Shown: piece after piece, positions 1 to 12,526 of the stretch
Numbering within the stretch: position 1 is the stretch's first letter
How the letters are laid out: each line of letters starts with the position of its first letter
Assembly (NCBI RefSeq): GCF_006345805.1
Contig: NC_043009.1
Span: 40,610,001 to 40,674,000, forward strand
Length of the DNA stretch: 64,000 bases
Direction: 5' to 3'
Source of the DNA: Octopus sinensis
Taxonomy: Eukaryota
Program-made: the position numbers and the translations under genes
The notes under the pieces: generated by a model
The model's database searches: none
What the model was told of the DNA's origin: nothing
Seen by the model: only the letters and a program-made list of their open reading frames with translations

Positions 1-29
1 CATATATATAACGCCATGTTGAATTGTTA

Positions 30-220
30 GCTCTTGCACGCATTTTTTTTCTCTCCTTGTTTCTCTCCTTGTTTCTTTTCTGTGTATCTTTCTGTTGAAG
101 AGCGTAGGCTCAAAACGTAAAAGACTTGTTTTATTTCTATTCCTGAGCGCCATACTAATACAATTGTTTGTTTGTACTCCACCTGCCTTCGTCTTTTGTT
201 TATTTTCATAAACCTTCCCG

Positions 221-236
<16 letters not shown>
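30..236 (+). mobile_element. Penelope-like terminal repeat with minimal hammerhead motif (family P1)
   Basis: 87-124 reads TCTTT-CTGTTGA-A-GAGC GTAG GCTC-aAAA-C-GTA-AAAGA. Flanked by (TA)n. Homologous to 50640-50830. Confidence 0.6.
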
Positions 237-258
<22 letters not shown>

Positions 259-534
259 TGAGGCTACCATTGGTTTCATGCTCAAGAAATCCTCAGCAAT
301 TTTCAAGCCTATCACATGGAACATTAGCGTTGGTCTCCATTTTGGATTAAAACATGAAAAGTAACATAAAATCACAATAAAAAAACGCACAATGTTTTGG
401 ATATACAAACAAAAAAAAAAAATAGGGGAAACAACTCTTGCATGAATATCTCTCGGATTTGACTTTTGGAATGAATTAGTATCCACCAATGAGATGCTGG
501 GTACTTATTCCCGTTGTTCGATATTTACATATTA

Positions 535-780
535 TGTGTGTGTGTATATATATATATATAGTTAATCCAAACATGAACAAAGAGAAAACACAACAATGCG
601 AGGACGTGGAATAAGTATAGTGTTATTGGACGCTCAGGAAAGGAATGAAAGAAGGAGGATTTAACGTTTCCAGTGGAGCTCTTCATCAGAAATATAGAAA
701 AAATGAAAAAGTCCAAAGAAGGGAAGACAGAGAAAGAAAATCGCCAACGATACACACATGATCACATATTCCTGGATCAG
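535..780 (-). mobile_element. Penelope-like terminal repeat with minimal hammerhead motif (family P2)
   Basis: Minus strand 693-659 reads ATTT-CTGATGA-A-GAGCTCCACTG-GAAA-C-GTT-AAAT. The tail cctgagcgtccaataacactatac...ggattaac(TA)n is shared with 52385-52480 and 57860-57935. Confidence 0.6.
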
Positions 781-969
781 GCTATTTAGTGCTTGTAATA
801 AATACAATAAAAACAAAACAGAATAAAGAATTACAAAAAGCAATTACATTTCTAAAGGAAAACAAATTCTTTCATTTAAGTCTTTCCAACCAGTTTTCAA
901 CAAACATCCTATTTCTTTTACAAACATTTTATGAGCAGACCCTCACTGCATATCATATGTATATATATA

Positions 970-1362
970 TATGTGGTAAGTAGCTTGCTAACCAACCACA
1001 TGGTTCCGGGTTCAGTCCCACTGTGTGGCACCTTGGGCAAGTGTCTTCTACTATAGCCTCAGGCCGACCAATGCCTTGTGAGTGGATTTGGTAGACGGAA
1101 ACTGAAAGAAGCCTGTCGTATATATTTATATATATATGTATGTATGTGTGTGTGTGTTTGTGTGTCTGTGTTTGTCTCCCTAGCATTGCTTGACAACCGA
1201 TGCTGGTGTGTTTACGTCCCCATCACTTAGTGGTTCGGCAAAAGAGACCGATAGAATAAGTACTAGGCTTACAAAGAATAAGTCCCGGGTTCGATTTGCT
1301 CGATTAATGGCGGTGCTCCAGCATGACCGCAGTCAAATGACTGAAACAAGTAAAAGAGTAAA
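970..1362 (+). mobile_element. tRNA-derived SINE family A (internal TA/TG microsatellite), about 30 copies in the window
   Basis: Head ggctgtgtggtaag...ggttcagtcccactgcgtggcaccttgggcaagt (B-box-like plus CORE-like motif), central microsatellite, tail ggcggtgctccagcatggccgcagtcaaatgactgaaacaagtaaaagagt. Other full or partial copies: +3888, -8280, -11165, +14895, +18700, -22790, +23270, +23881, +27630, +28690, +29320, -29585, -31150, +33090, +35865, -37255, -39500, -40990, -41875, +42927, -49480, +50260, +52858, -57420, +58040, +58515, +59285, -59675, +61587, -63570, -63855. Confidence 0.92.
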
Positions 1363-1370
1363 AAAAAAAA

Positions 1371-1437
<67 letters not shown>

Positions 1438-1994
1438 AGAACATAATGCAATGCTACAGGTGAGGTGGCTGTCTTTATTTCTTATATAGAAATCCCAACA
1501 AGTTTTGATTATGTTTTAAATTTTAGTTTTTACATTTTTTTTTATAATTTTCATGCATACATGAAACATACCCAGGTTTCAAAACCTATTATTATTGTTG
1601 TTGATGTTTACATTATTGTAGCTAACAAGCAGTTTGTCATAAGTTTACATTATTTTTTTTTTTTCTGTAATATTTAAAGGAGACAAAATCATGAATGGCT
1701 GTATGATTAAGAATCTCAATGTGTAAAGACATGGTTTAAGGTTCAGTTCTAGTGTGCAGCTCCAGAGTGGCCAATGCTCCATGAATGAACTTAGCAGATA
1801 GAAACTGTGTGGAATCCCATTTTGTGTATATACAAAAAGCACCCAGTTGTAAAGTGGTTGGCATGAGGAATGGGAATCCAACTGTAGAAATCAAGCCAAG
1901 TCAAACCGGAACCTGGTGCAGCTTTCTGGCTCTGGTCAAACTGTCCTACTCATGCCAACGTGGAAAATGTACTTTAAATGAGGATATATATATA

Positions 1995-2327
1995 AGCTGA
2001 GACCCCCTTCAGTCATGAATGACCATGGGATTGCCCCTAGAAAGTTACCCTCCCAGGCACAAGTCCAGGCAAAGTTGTTTATGGAAGACCAGCAGTTGCC
2101 ATTGCATACTGGCCTTCCCTATCCACACCACCAGTGTTATCCAAGGGAAAGGCAAAGGCCAATACAGCTTGGCACCTGTGATGTCACAACTCATTTCTAA
2201 AGCTGAGTGAACTGGAGCAACGTGAAATAAAGGGTCTTGCTCAAGAACACAACACATAGCCTGGGATCCGAACTCACAACCTCACGATCGTAAGCTGGAC
2301 ACTCTAACCACTGAGCCATGTGCCTTC

Positions 2328-2362
<35 letters not shown>

Positions 2363-2700
2363 TATATAAAGTAAAGACCCCCTTCGGCCATGAATGACTA
2401 TAGGTTTCCACCTAGAAAGTTAGCCTCCAAAGCTCAAATCTGGCCATGGTTGTTTTATGGAAGACCAGCAGTTTCCTATGCATACCAAACTTCCCTCTCT
2501 ACTGATGTTATCCAAGAGAAACGCAAAGACCAATACAGCTTGGAACCAGTAACATCGCAACTCATTTCTACAGCTGAATGAACTGGAGCAATGGGAAATT
2601 AAGTGTCTTGCTCAAGAACACAGCATACAGCCCGGTCCAGGAATCAAACCTACTACCTCATGATTGTGAGCCTGACGCTCTAACCACTGAACCATGCACT
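1995..2700 (-). mobile_element. Two tandem copies of tRNA-SINE family E
   Basis: Each has head gaaggcacatggctcagtggttagagtg...gttcg(g/a)atccc, then gtgttcttgagcaagacact...gctccagttcactcagct. Copies at about 1995-2330 and 2368-2700. Further copies at +13822-14150 and +27400-27600. Confidence 0.85.
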
Positions 2701-5399
2701 ATATATATGCATGTGATTTTGCCCTCCACCAATCAAACATCCATTCCTATAACTTAGTGGATCATCAAGAGACCAATCAGATATAAAAAATTATTTCTGC
2801 GATCAGTATGCTTGTCTAAAACCATTTAAAAATGGTGCTCCAGCATGGGCACAGTCCAAAGATTGAAACAAGTAAAAGATAATAAAAGAGAGGCATCTAT
2901 CTATTCAATTCCCTCCCCCCTACTACTAGCCCTTTGTTTCTAGAACCCGTATAAAATTTTTCCTCACTCAGCGGCTAGTGCAATCCACTTTGAAAAGTAC
3001 TGGTTTAGAACTACTGCTATTTGTAATTTGGTGTAGCAAGGTAAAGGAAGTCTCAGTAGTCCACTGATCTCTCACAAACAGATAGATGATATGAGAAAAT
3101 TATATGAGAAAATTATAAAAAACATTTGCTTAGAAGAAAAGCAGAAAAGCAGAAATTTTACTGTTGGCTCATAAATTCATTACTTTCAACAGCTGTTTCA
3201 TTAGGAATAAGTATAATTAATTCTACATTCATATAATTAAGATAAATAATATGAATTTAACTTCAAATACTCCTAATGATTTAGGATAAATATTGATTTA
3301 AATACATTTATTTTAATTATGTTAATTACTGAATGAATTATGTTTATTCCTAATGAAAATAATTCAATTATGAGCTCTCTATAAAAATGATTGCTTTTCT
3401 ACCTTTTATTCTGAATATAGATCATTGTTAAGGACAGTTTTAGATAATTATGTTTATAACCGTTAACTTCTTTATTTGAAGTAACTACATTGTTCTGTGT
3501 TGGATTTGACAACTTTATTAATTGAGATCTTAATTATTGTGGATAGATATTCATTTCAATGTTTTCTACTTCAGCTCTGTATGTAAACAACATTTATACA
3601 ACTTAACAATCTGATCCAAATTTTCTACTAATGTATATATTGTAAAAGTATCATCTTGAAATAGTAGTTAAGAGGAAAAAAACTACTAAAATAGAATATT
3701 AAACGACAGTTGAAACTTAGTACAGACTTACTGTAAATTATAAATGAGATATATGTGAAAGCAATCCTTTTGTTACCATTTTCTGTAGGAAAATACACTG
3801 TCATTGTTTCAATTAATCTTGAAAATAAAGATAAATTTTAAATAATTGGTCCTTGTAATTCAGTCACCTTTACATTATACATGTTAGGCATAGGTGTAGC
3901 TGTGTGGTAAGAAGCTTGCGAGTTCAATTCCACTGTATGACACCTAGAACGAGGGCCTTCTATTATAGCCTCAAGTTGACAAAAGCTTTGAGAGTGGATT
4001 CAATAGGCGGAAACTGAAAGAAGCTTCTCATGTGTATGTGTGTACCCCCTCCCCTGCCAATGCTTGAGAACAGGTGTAGGTGTGTTTATGTCCTTGTAAT
4101 TTAGTGGTTCATCAAAAAGGGTCTAATAGAATAAGTACCAGGTTTACAAATAAAAGAAGTACAGGGGGTCAATTCATTTGACTAAAAATTTCTTCAAGGA
4201 GCTGCTCCAGCTTGATCGCACTCACATGACAAACACGTAAAGGATAGAAAAGCTTTTACATAATAGCAACTATATATATATATATATATATATATGATGA
4301 CAAGCAGGCTGAAACTGCTAAGTGACTCTCAGGCTTCTTGTAAAAGTATAAAAAACATGTAATTTACAAAAAAGTATTAAGTAATTCTTCTGTTTAATGT
4401 TAAATTGTTTTTATTATAATTCCACATTAAAAACAAACTTTGATATATATATGTATGTATGTATTAATAAATATATATATATATATATATTATATGCCAA
4501 ATGTGTTTTTTCCAATATCTATTTTCATTTGCAATAGCTGGTTCTTTTGGTCAAACTATTCTATCTCCAGCTGCTTCAGATGCAAAGATATCAAAAATTG
4601 TCAAAGTGTAGTACAATGGTTTTGCTATGGAATGGTGAAACTAATTTTTTTTTCGTTTTCTGAAAAAGCAACATTTTGGACTTACGATACTTTTACATAA
4701 TAGCAACTATATATACATATATACTCATTTTCTTTTGATTTTTTATTTGTTTTAAAAAAATTTTGTTTTCTTTCTAATTGGTGTGAAACTTATTGATACC
4801 AATAGCTGAAAATTATTGCCATTAGAAAGTTAGATTCTTGTTGGGGTGGGAGGTCATCAACATCTGTTAGTTTCTTCCTCTCATAACCTCTGATCATCTT
4901 TTACACATGAAAATATATATTAAACAACTGGTTATCGTATCTATCTATCTATCTCATCTTGCTATCGCGGCATAAGCACAATATTCGTCCTTACATATTT
5001 AACTGGCAATCAAGCCTTCGAATGTTTCTTTACCTCAGTAAAATTAAGCGGGAACTAAACAAGTAGCTATTGGAAATTATTTTAAGTAATTTATGTTCTA
5101 AAATTTTTTTTTACTTTCAGACAAATTCAGACAAATTCTGTATCTTGGTAATACAAATTAGCGAGGAAATTAAAAATAAAGAAGAAAAGAAAAGAAGAAA
5201 TTGGTAAAGAGTGTTTCGATCAGGTAAAAAAACACCAGTCTGGATACGCACACACCTGCACACATTTTGATTTATGAACAGACTCAACAGCAAATTCATT
5301 TGCTCATCTCTTTTACTCAGAATGTGGAAAACTAGAACAACTGCTACAAGTCACTTGGTTTCACATGGAGTTTGTCAATTCATCACTTATAATAATAAT

Positions 5400-6230
5400 A
5401 ACCGGGCGAAATGCGTAGCTGTATTTAGTCTGCCGTTATGTTCTGAGTTCAAATTCCGCCGAGGTCGACTTTGCCTTTCACCCTTTCGGGGTCAATAAAT
5501 CAAGTACCAATTACGCACTGGGATCGATGTAATCAACTTAATCCGTTTGTCTGTCCCCTCTGTGTTTAGCCCCTTGTGGGTAGTAAAGAAATATATAATA
5601 ATAACTTCCAAATTTTGGCACAAAAACAGCAATTCTAAGAGGTTTGCTGGTTATCTCAACCCACCAGTGCTCAACTGGTACTTAATTTTATTGAACTTGA
5701 AAGGATGAAAAGTAAGGTCAGACTCAGTGGAATTGGAACTCAGAATGCAAAGAGCTGGAGGAAATTCCACAAAGCATTTTGCCTCCTGCAGGTACTAATA
5801 ATTCTACCAAATTATTGCCTTTCTGCTTTTGGCACAAGGTGAACAATTTGCAAGGCAGTGGGGAAGTAGGCTATATCAGCCCTAGTACTTATTTTATCAA
5901 CCTCATTTAGATGACAGGTATGGTTGACCCTAGCAGGATTTGAACTCAGAATATGAAGAATGGGGAGAAATACTGCTGAGCATTTTTTTCTGACATGCTA
6001 ACAATTCTGCCAGCTTCCCACTTAATAATTCTTTCTAGTAAAGGCACAAGGCATGAAATTGAAATCTAGTCAGTTACAACTCTAGTGCTTAACAGGTACT
6101 TAATTTATTGGCCCCAGAAGGATGTAAGACAAAGTCGACTTTGGCAGGATTTGAACTCAGAATATAAAGCTGAAAGAAATGCCATCAAGAGCAGTAATGA
6201 TTCTGCCAGCTTGCCGCCTTAATAACGATC
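5400..6230. mobile_element. Cluster of SINE family B copies (one plus, three tandem minus, diverged)
   Basis: +5400-5595, then minus units at about 5605, 5820 and 6040. Other B copies: 11720, 14608, 22945, 32845, 37695, 40385, 40705, 42090, 42280, 45010, 60100, 61170, 61380. Confidence 0.75.
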
Positions 6231-6499
6231 TCTTCTTCTGTTCCTTTGGCAGAAAATAACAACCACTTTTCATTACAAAAGGATGCTTTGGCTGAACTAA
6301 CCAAAAACAGGACAGAGAAGGTGTAATAGAAATTTGTGAGTTTGTGTGAAACAACAAGGCTTTAGTGAGAATTTACAAATATTCTTCAGGATCCAAGGAA
6401 AAAATAAAATGAAAATAAGACAACCAAAGCAGTATGGCAATTTTATATAAATTTTTCAATCATATTTTCAAAAAGGTAACTGAAATTATGGCAGCTTAA

Positions 6500-6722
6500 C
6501 CCTTTTGTTACCATATTTCTGTTGAAATATGGTGCCTTTGCTTCAATTAATTTTAAAAATTATGAAGTATTTAATAAAGTAAATTTGTCATTATTGACTT
6601 TGGTTTTAGAACAAAAATTAACATGGAAATTTTAATGGAAGGTTTTAAATTAGATCACTTTAATTCAGAAAGTTTGTATCATAGAAGCAGGAATGGTCTC
6701 AGGCAGGATGATATCAAAAGGG
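6500..6722. mobile_element. piggyBac-type MITE
   Basis: TTAA|CCCTTTTG...CAAAAGGG|TTAA. Partial copy at about 3766-3850. Confidence 0.8.
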
Positions 6723-7105
6723 TTAAGTTGATCAGCCAGCATCATATTCCTTGTAAATGATGCTCGATTCCTGTATTTCATTTTATATCTATTTTGGCAC
6801 ATTGACGGTGGGAGTCTGGAGATGTCTTTTTTAAGTACAAATAAAATAAAATAAAATATTAAGAAATAAAATGACCCACAAAACTATATAATTTAATGTT
6901 CTGATGTAAAAAAAAAAAAAAAAAAAAAAAAAAGAGTAATTCTGTAAACCATCAATTGTGGAACATACGGATTTATTCTGTAGATTGGTGTGCGTTTGGC
7001 GGCGATGGACATCATTGTTCAAGACTTGCGTGTTGAGGAAATATAAAAAAAAACCTAAAAACTGTACTCAGTCTATATATATATAGATATATATATATAT
7101 ATAGA

Positions 7106-7248
7106 TATACAAAAATTCTATAATTATGAGTATAATTATAATTAGGGTTCAGCAAAAATTTGCTTCACCAAATACCACATATGTGGTGAAGCAAATTTTT
7201 GCTGAATCCTAATTATAATTATACTTATAATTATAGAATTTTTGTATA
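7106..7248. repeat. Near-perfect inverted repeat (65-bp arms, 13-nt loop)
   Basis: Arms 7106-7170 and 7184-7248 differ at two positions. Confidence 0.92.
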
Positions 7249-7334
7249 AGTTTATCAATAATGGTTCTTTTAACATACCGAACTACTTGGTAAAATTATT
7301 AATTATTAATTAATTAATTAATTAATTTTACCCT

Positions 7335-7369
<35 letters not shown>

Positions 7370-7646
7370 TAATGTGTGTATATATGTACAATAGATTGTT
7401 CCTCCCTTTCAGTTTTGGAATAAAATATTATAATTATTATTTAAGATGGAGAAATATAACTGATCCCTTTCTAACAAAGGTTAAAAAAAATATATTTGTG
7501 CATCTCTTCCTATTCTAAAAGGGGAAGAGAAAATACTCTATAACAGTTACAGAGATGAAATATTACTCTTCTCTGTAATGAGTAAATACTTTGCCCTCCT
7601 TCAAACATAGATATACAAATATATATATATGTATATATATATATAG

Positions 7647-7685
<39 letters not shown>

Positions 7686-7757
7686 ATATATATAAATGTA
7701 TGATGTTTGGTGTCTACTTATATAATAAATTCTCACATCGATATAGCTCAATTGTCT

Positions 7758-8169
7758 TTAACCAAAGTTAGGTTTACAGCCACAGAGACCATTCCTTTGC
7801 AAAACAGGCATCCACCTGGGAGGACATTTCTTTGAAGCACAAATATTAGCCGTTTTTGAAGGTTTCGTAATCTTCGGAGTTGTTTTCTTTTCAGTGGTCG
7901 TCTCTATTGTCGTTGGCATCGTCGTTGTTTTAAGACCTTCGGTGGATAGAATCTCCATCAGGAAACTTCCTTTATCAAGATCATCGGTTGACTGGCCATT
8001 GGTAATAGCAGCATCAGTTTTAGCACGTTCGGTCTGGGGTTTACCATCACTGTTTATCCTGTTAGAATCAAGCTGGTTGCTCCCTGATTTTGAAATTTCG
8101 CTTTGCTTCACAAAACTGGCATTAGCAGATGCAAAGTTAGTTCCATCATAGCCTCGGTAATGTTGGCAT
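7758..8169 (-). CDS. PVF: PVF terminal coding exon (Ser/Thr-rich linker plus small Cys module)
   Basis: ttttctctgcag|A TGC CAA..., a phase-2 entry that completes LCT|C. 412 nt open to TAA at 7758. Ends CASKKCPPRWMPVLQRNGLCGCKPNFG. Confidence 0.85.
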
Positions 8170-8949
8170 CTGCAGAGAAAATTGAAAGAAAAAAAAGGAT
8201 GCGTTATAAAGAATACATCATCAATATTATCTGCTTTATATATAAATAGTAATTTAAAAGAAAATATTGAGCTTCAATGTTACTCTTTTACTTGTTTCAG
8301 TCATTTGACTGTGGCTATGCTGGAGCACCACCTTTAGTCGAGCACATCGAATCCAGGACTTATTCTTTGTAAGCCTAGTACTTATTCTAGTGTTCTCTTT
8401 TGCAGAACTGCTGAGTTGCGGGGACGTAAACAAACCAGCATCAGTTGTCAGGCGATTTTGGGGGGACAAACACAAACACACAAACACACACACATACGAC
8501 GGGCTAGCTTCCGTCTACCAAATCCACTCACAAGGCTTTGGTTGGCCCGAGGCTATAGTAGAAGACACTTGCCCAAGGTACCACGCAGTGGGACTGAACC
8601 CGGAACCATGTAGTTCATAAGCAAGCTACTTACCACACAGCCACTCCTACGCCTATTTTGATAACATGTTGAAGAAATAAACAAATAAACATCAGAATTA
8701 TTATAAGTGTAGGTAGGTGTGGTTGTGTGGTAAAGGCATTTGCTTCCCAACCACTTGACTTCAGGTTCAGTCCCACTGTGTAGCACCTCAGGTAAGTGTT
8801 TTCTATCGTCTCAAGCTGACCAATGCCTTGCGAGTGTATTTGGTAGATGGAAACTGAAAGAAGCCTGTCATGTACATATATTATATATAATCCTTTCCAC
8901 TGTAGGCACAAGGCCCAAAATTTGGGGGAGGAGGCACGTTAATCACACC

Positions 8950-9305
8950 ATTTCAGTGTGATCGTTACCATGTCACCTTACCAGCACTTGTGCTGGTGGC
9001 ACGTGAGACATTCAAGTGAGGTCATCGCCAGTGCCGCTGGACTGGTTCCTGTGCAGGTGGCACATAAAACGCACCATTTGGGCGTGGCCGTTGCCAGTAC
9101 CACCAAACTGGCACGTAAAAGCACCCACTACACTCTCGGAGTGGTTGGCGTTAGGAAGGGCATCCAGCTGTAGAAACTCTACCAGATAAGATTGGGGTCT
9201 GGTTTGCCAAACCTCAGTCAAATCACCCAACCCATGCTAGCATGGAAAGCGGATGTTAAATAATGATGAGGATGATGATAAGGATGATGATGAGGATGAT
9301 GATGA
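8950..9305 (+). mobile_element. Family D element inserted into a minus-strand family B SINE
   Basis: The host SINE is split into 8895-8950 and 9310-9480. Confidence 0.7.
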
Positions 9306-9513
9306 GATTAGCCAATTACATCGATCCCCAGTGTTTCACTGGTACTTAATTTATCGACCACCCCAAAAGGATGAAAGGCAAAGTTGACCGCGGCGGAATT
9401 TGAACTCAGAATGTTGTGATGGGCAAAATACCGCTAAGTATTTGGTCCAGTAAGCTAGCAATTCTGTCATCTCACTGCCTTATATGTATTATATATATAT
9501 AATAGTATGTGTG

Positions 9514-9917
9514 ATAAGGCAGTGAGCTAGCAGAAATGTTAGCACGCTGGGTGAAATGCTTAGCGGTATTTCATCTGTCATTATGTTCTGAGTTCAAATT
9601 CCGCCAAGGTCGACTTTGCCTTTCATCCTTTCGAGTTCGATTAAATAAATACCAGTTACGCACTGAGGTCGATATAATCGACTTAATCCGTGTGTCTGTC
9701 CTTGTTTGTTCTCTCTGTGTTTAGCCCCTTGTGGGTAGTAAAGAAATAGGTATTTCATCTGTCTTTATGTTCTGAGTTCAAATTCTGTCAAGGTCGACTT
9801 AGCCTTTCATCCTTTAGAGGTCGATAAATTAAGTTCCAGTTGTGTACTGGGATCGATCTAATCGACTGCCCCCCCTCTCTCCCAAAATTTCAGGCCTTGT
9901 GCCTAGAGCAGAAAAGA
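9514..9917 (+). mobile_element. Dimeric SINE family B with 14-bp TSD
   Basis: Head ggcagtgagctagcagaaatgttagc...gagttcaaattccgcc. Central gcctttcatcctttcggggtcgataaattaagtaccag (Meta-domain-like) occurs twice. TSD taatagtatgtgtg at 9500-9513 and 9918-9931. Confidence 0.88.
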
Positions 9918-10978
9918 TAATAGTATGTGTGTTAATGTCTCCTTGCCTTAGCGTTAAATGACAGCTGTAAATGAGCACCACTGTCATACAAGGGATTTTT
10001 GTCTCCTATCTTCCGTGAAAATATGTTAGACCACAGGGAATGCTTACTGGGAAACAGGTAAGAGTTGGTGGCAGTGAGAGCATCATCTGACATGTAAAAC
10101 ATCTGCCTCAACAAATTTTGTCTAGCCCATGCGAACATGGAAAATGTGGATGTCCAAAATGATGATTAATGGAATGTAAAGGACAATATGTGAGTTGGTG
10201 TCTGTGAAATATTCAAATGAAAATGGAACGGAAAGGATTTCTCAAATCTCTTAGGAAGCTTTGGAGGGAACACTAACCTAATAAAATTCTTGTTTATTGA
10301 CAGGACCTGTTGAAAGCTTAGTGGACTGAGATCATAAAAAATAGTCAGGTGTATGAATACATACAATAAAGTGGAAATAGATGAATGAAGGTGGAGGCGC
10401 AATGGCCCAGTGGTTAGGGCAGCGGACTCGCGGTCGGAGGATCACGGTTTCGATTTCCAGACCGAGCGTTGTGTGTGTTTATTGAGCGAAAACACCTAAA
10501 AGTTCCACGAGGCTCCGGCAGGGGGTGGTGGCGACCCCTGTTGTACTCTTTCGCCACAACTTTCTCTCGGCCTTTCTTGAGTAACGCTGCGATGGACTGG
10601 TGTCCCGTCCAGCTGGTGAGGGTGGGGGGGACACATACGCCACAGAAAAGGGCGAGATGAATGAAGAACTTGTTGAAGGAACCGTTATGAGGTTATTCAG
10701 TTTGCTAGAAATTGCAGTAAAATCTCTCTCAAACTGCTCCCTGCCATCGCATTAAAGGCAATACACATTAGATAAGGTAGGTTAGGTACAGTTGGAAGAC
10801 GGCAACGGGGTGTAATGGTCAAGCTTGGTACACACATTTTCAACCAACTCACTGAGTACATTAATTTTGCTCGGGTAGAACATACTCGGGGTGAAATAAC
10901 AAAAACAAATTCAAACAAGCTTTCGATGTTTTGGTTAAAATATTTGAATATCAAAAACAAAACTGCTTTTCATTTACT

Positions 10979-11085
10979 TTCTCAAAAATTTGTAAAACCT
11001 GTCCTTACACAACAATCTCTATAATAGAAAATTCTCAAAAATTTGTAACACCCGTCCTTATAAAACAATTTCTATGATAGAAAAT
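10979..11085. repeat. Tandem duplication of about 52 bp
   Basis: ttctcaaaaatttgtaa..c.gtcctta.a.aacaat.tctat.atagaaaa occurs twice. Confidence 0.75.
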
Positions 11086-11970
11086 TGAGAGTTGCTTCCC
11101 TTACTCTGCAAATCATTTTCTTTTTTTTTAACTTTAAGTTATTGTTTGCGTCAATAACAAAAAATTTTACTCTTTTACTTGTTTCGGTCATTTGACTGCG
11201 GCCATTCTGGAGCACCGCCTTTAGTCGAGCAAATCGACCCGGGACTTATTCTTTGTAAGCCCAGTACTTATTCTATCGGTCTCTTTTGCCGGGGACGTAA
11301 ACACGTTACGGGGACGTAAACACACCACCATCGGTTGGGGACAAACACACACATACATATATACGACAGGCTTCTTTCAGTTTCCGTCTACCAAATCCAC
11401 TCACAAGGCTTTGGTCGGCCCGGGGCTATAGCAGAAGACACTTGCCCAAGATCCCACGCAGTGGGACTGAACCCAGAACCATGTGGCTGGTTAGCAAGCT
11501 ACTTACCACACAACCACTCCTGCGCCTATGTTAGTTAATAAATAAAATTAATTAAACTAAATATAAACTCTTGCTCGGTGAAAAAAGGAGGGGAACTATA
11601 ACTCTTCAGAGGGGGCATTTTCTTTTCCTGTCAGGAACAATATATCTATTTTTGTGGGTTTTTTATTATTATTGTTATCTGTCGCAGTTAAAGTGATAAT
11701 TTTATTTTAATTTAGGCAGGTCAAAGCCAGCAATTTTGAAGGGAAGGGACGGGACTTAGTATCATCGACTTCAGAACTTGACCGGTACTTTACTTTATCG
11801 ACTCTGGGAGTTGATAACGAAAAGTTGGTTTCGGCGTAATTTGAACTCAAAACATAAGGAGTCGGAACATTTCACTGCACTGCCCTAATCACAACTTTGC
11901 GATTACAACCAATATTTACTTCTCATTCGATCAATAAAGTACTTCGTCCACTGAATTACGTCATGTTTTA

Positions 11971-12366
11971 GGCGGTGAGCTGGCAGAAACGTTAGCTCGC
12001 TGGGCGAAATGCTTTGTGGTATTTCGTCCGCCGCTGCGTTCTGAGTTCAAATTCCGCCCAGGTCAATTTTGCCTTTCATCCTTTCGGGGTCGATAAATTA
12101 AGTACCAGTTATGCACTGGGGTCGATGTAATCGACTTACTCCGTTTGTCTGTTCTTGTTTGTCCTCTCTGTGTTTAGCCCCTTGTGGGTAATAAAGAAAT
12201 AGGTATTTTGTCTGTCTTTATGTTCTGAGTTCAAATTCCGCCCAGGTCGACTTTGCCTTTTATCCTTTCGAGGTCGATAACTTAAGTACCAGTTGCGTAT
12301 TGGAGTCGATCTAATCGACTGGTCCTCTTCCCCCAAAATTTCGGGCCTTGTGCCTAGAGCAGAAAC
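11971..12366 (+). mobile_element. Dimeric SINE family B with 18-bp TSD
   Basis: TSD gaattacgtcatgtttta at 11953-11970 and 12367-12384. Confidence 0.9.
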
Positions 12367-12526
12367 GAATTACGTCATGTTTTACGTTTATCTTCTTTAA
12401 TTTTTCACACGTTTTTTATTGCTGCTTGTGTTTTGTTTTTTGTTGTTTTTTTTTGTCATGAATACGTACCCGCATACCTCGACTTACGTTTTATTTCAGA
12501 ACATGTAGAGGGATGAAATACTGCTA

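Noticed and set aside
970-1362. Many 60-120 aa ORFs such as YDRLLSVSVYQIHSQG... and MPKVPRSGTEPGTMW...
   Set aside because: They recur at every family A or B SINE copy and are repeat translations, not genes.
5111-5210. Possible plus-strand exon (tttcag|ACAAATTCAG...KEEKKRRNW), and a similar open stretch at 3082-3175
   Set aside because: No connected exons or homology. A-rich composition explains the open frames.
10388-10470. tRNA genes at SINE heads (also 21590-21660, 36323-36395, 47498-47570)
   Set aside because: They continue directly into SINE bodies and lack a complete cloverleaf.
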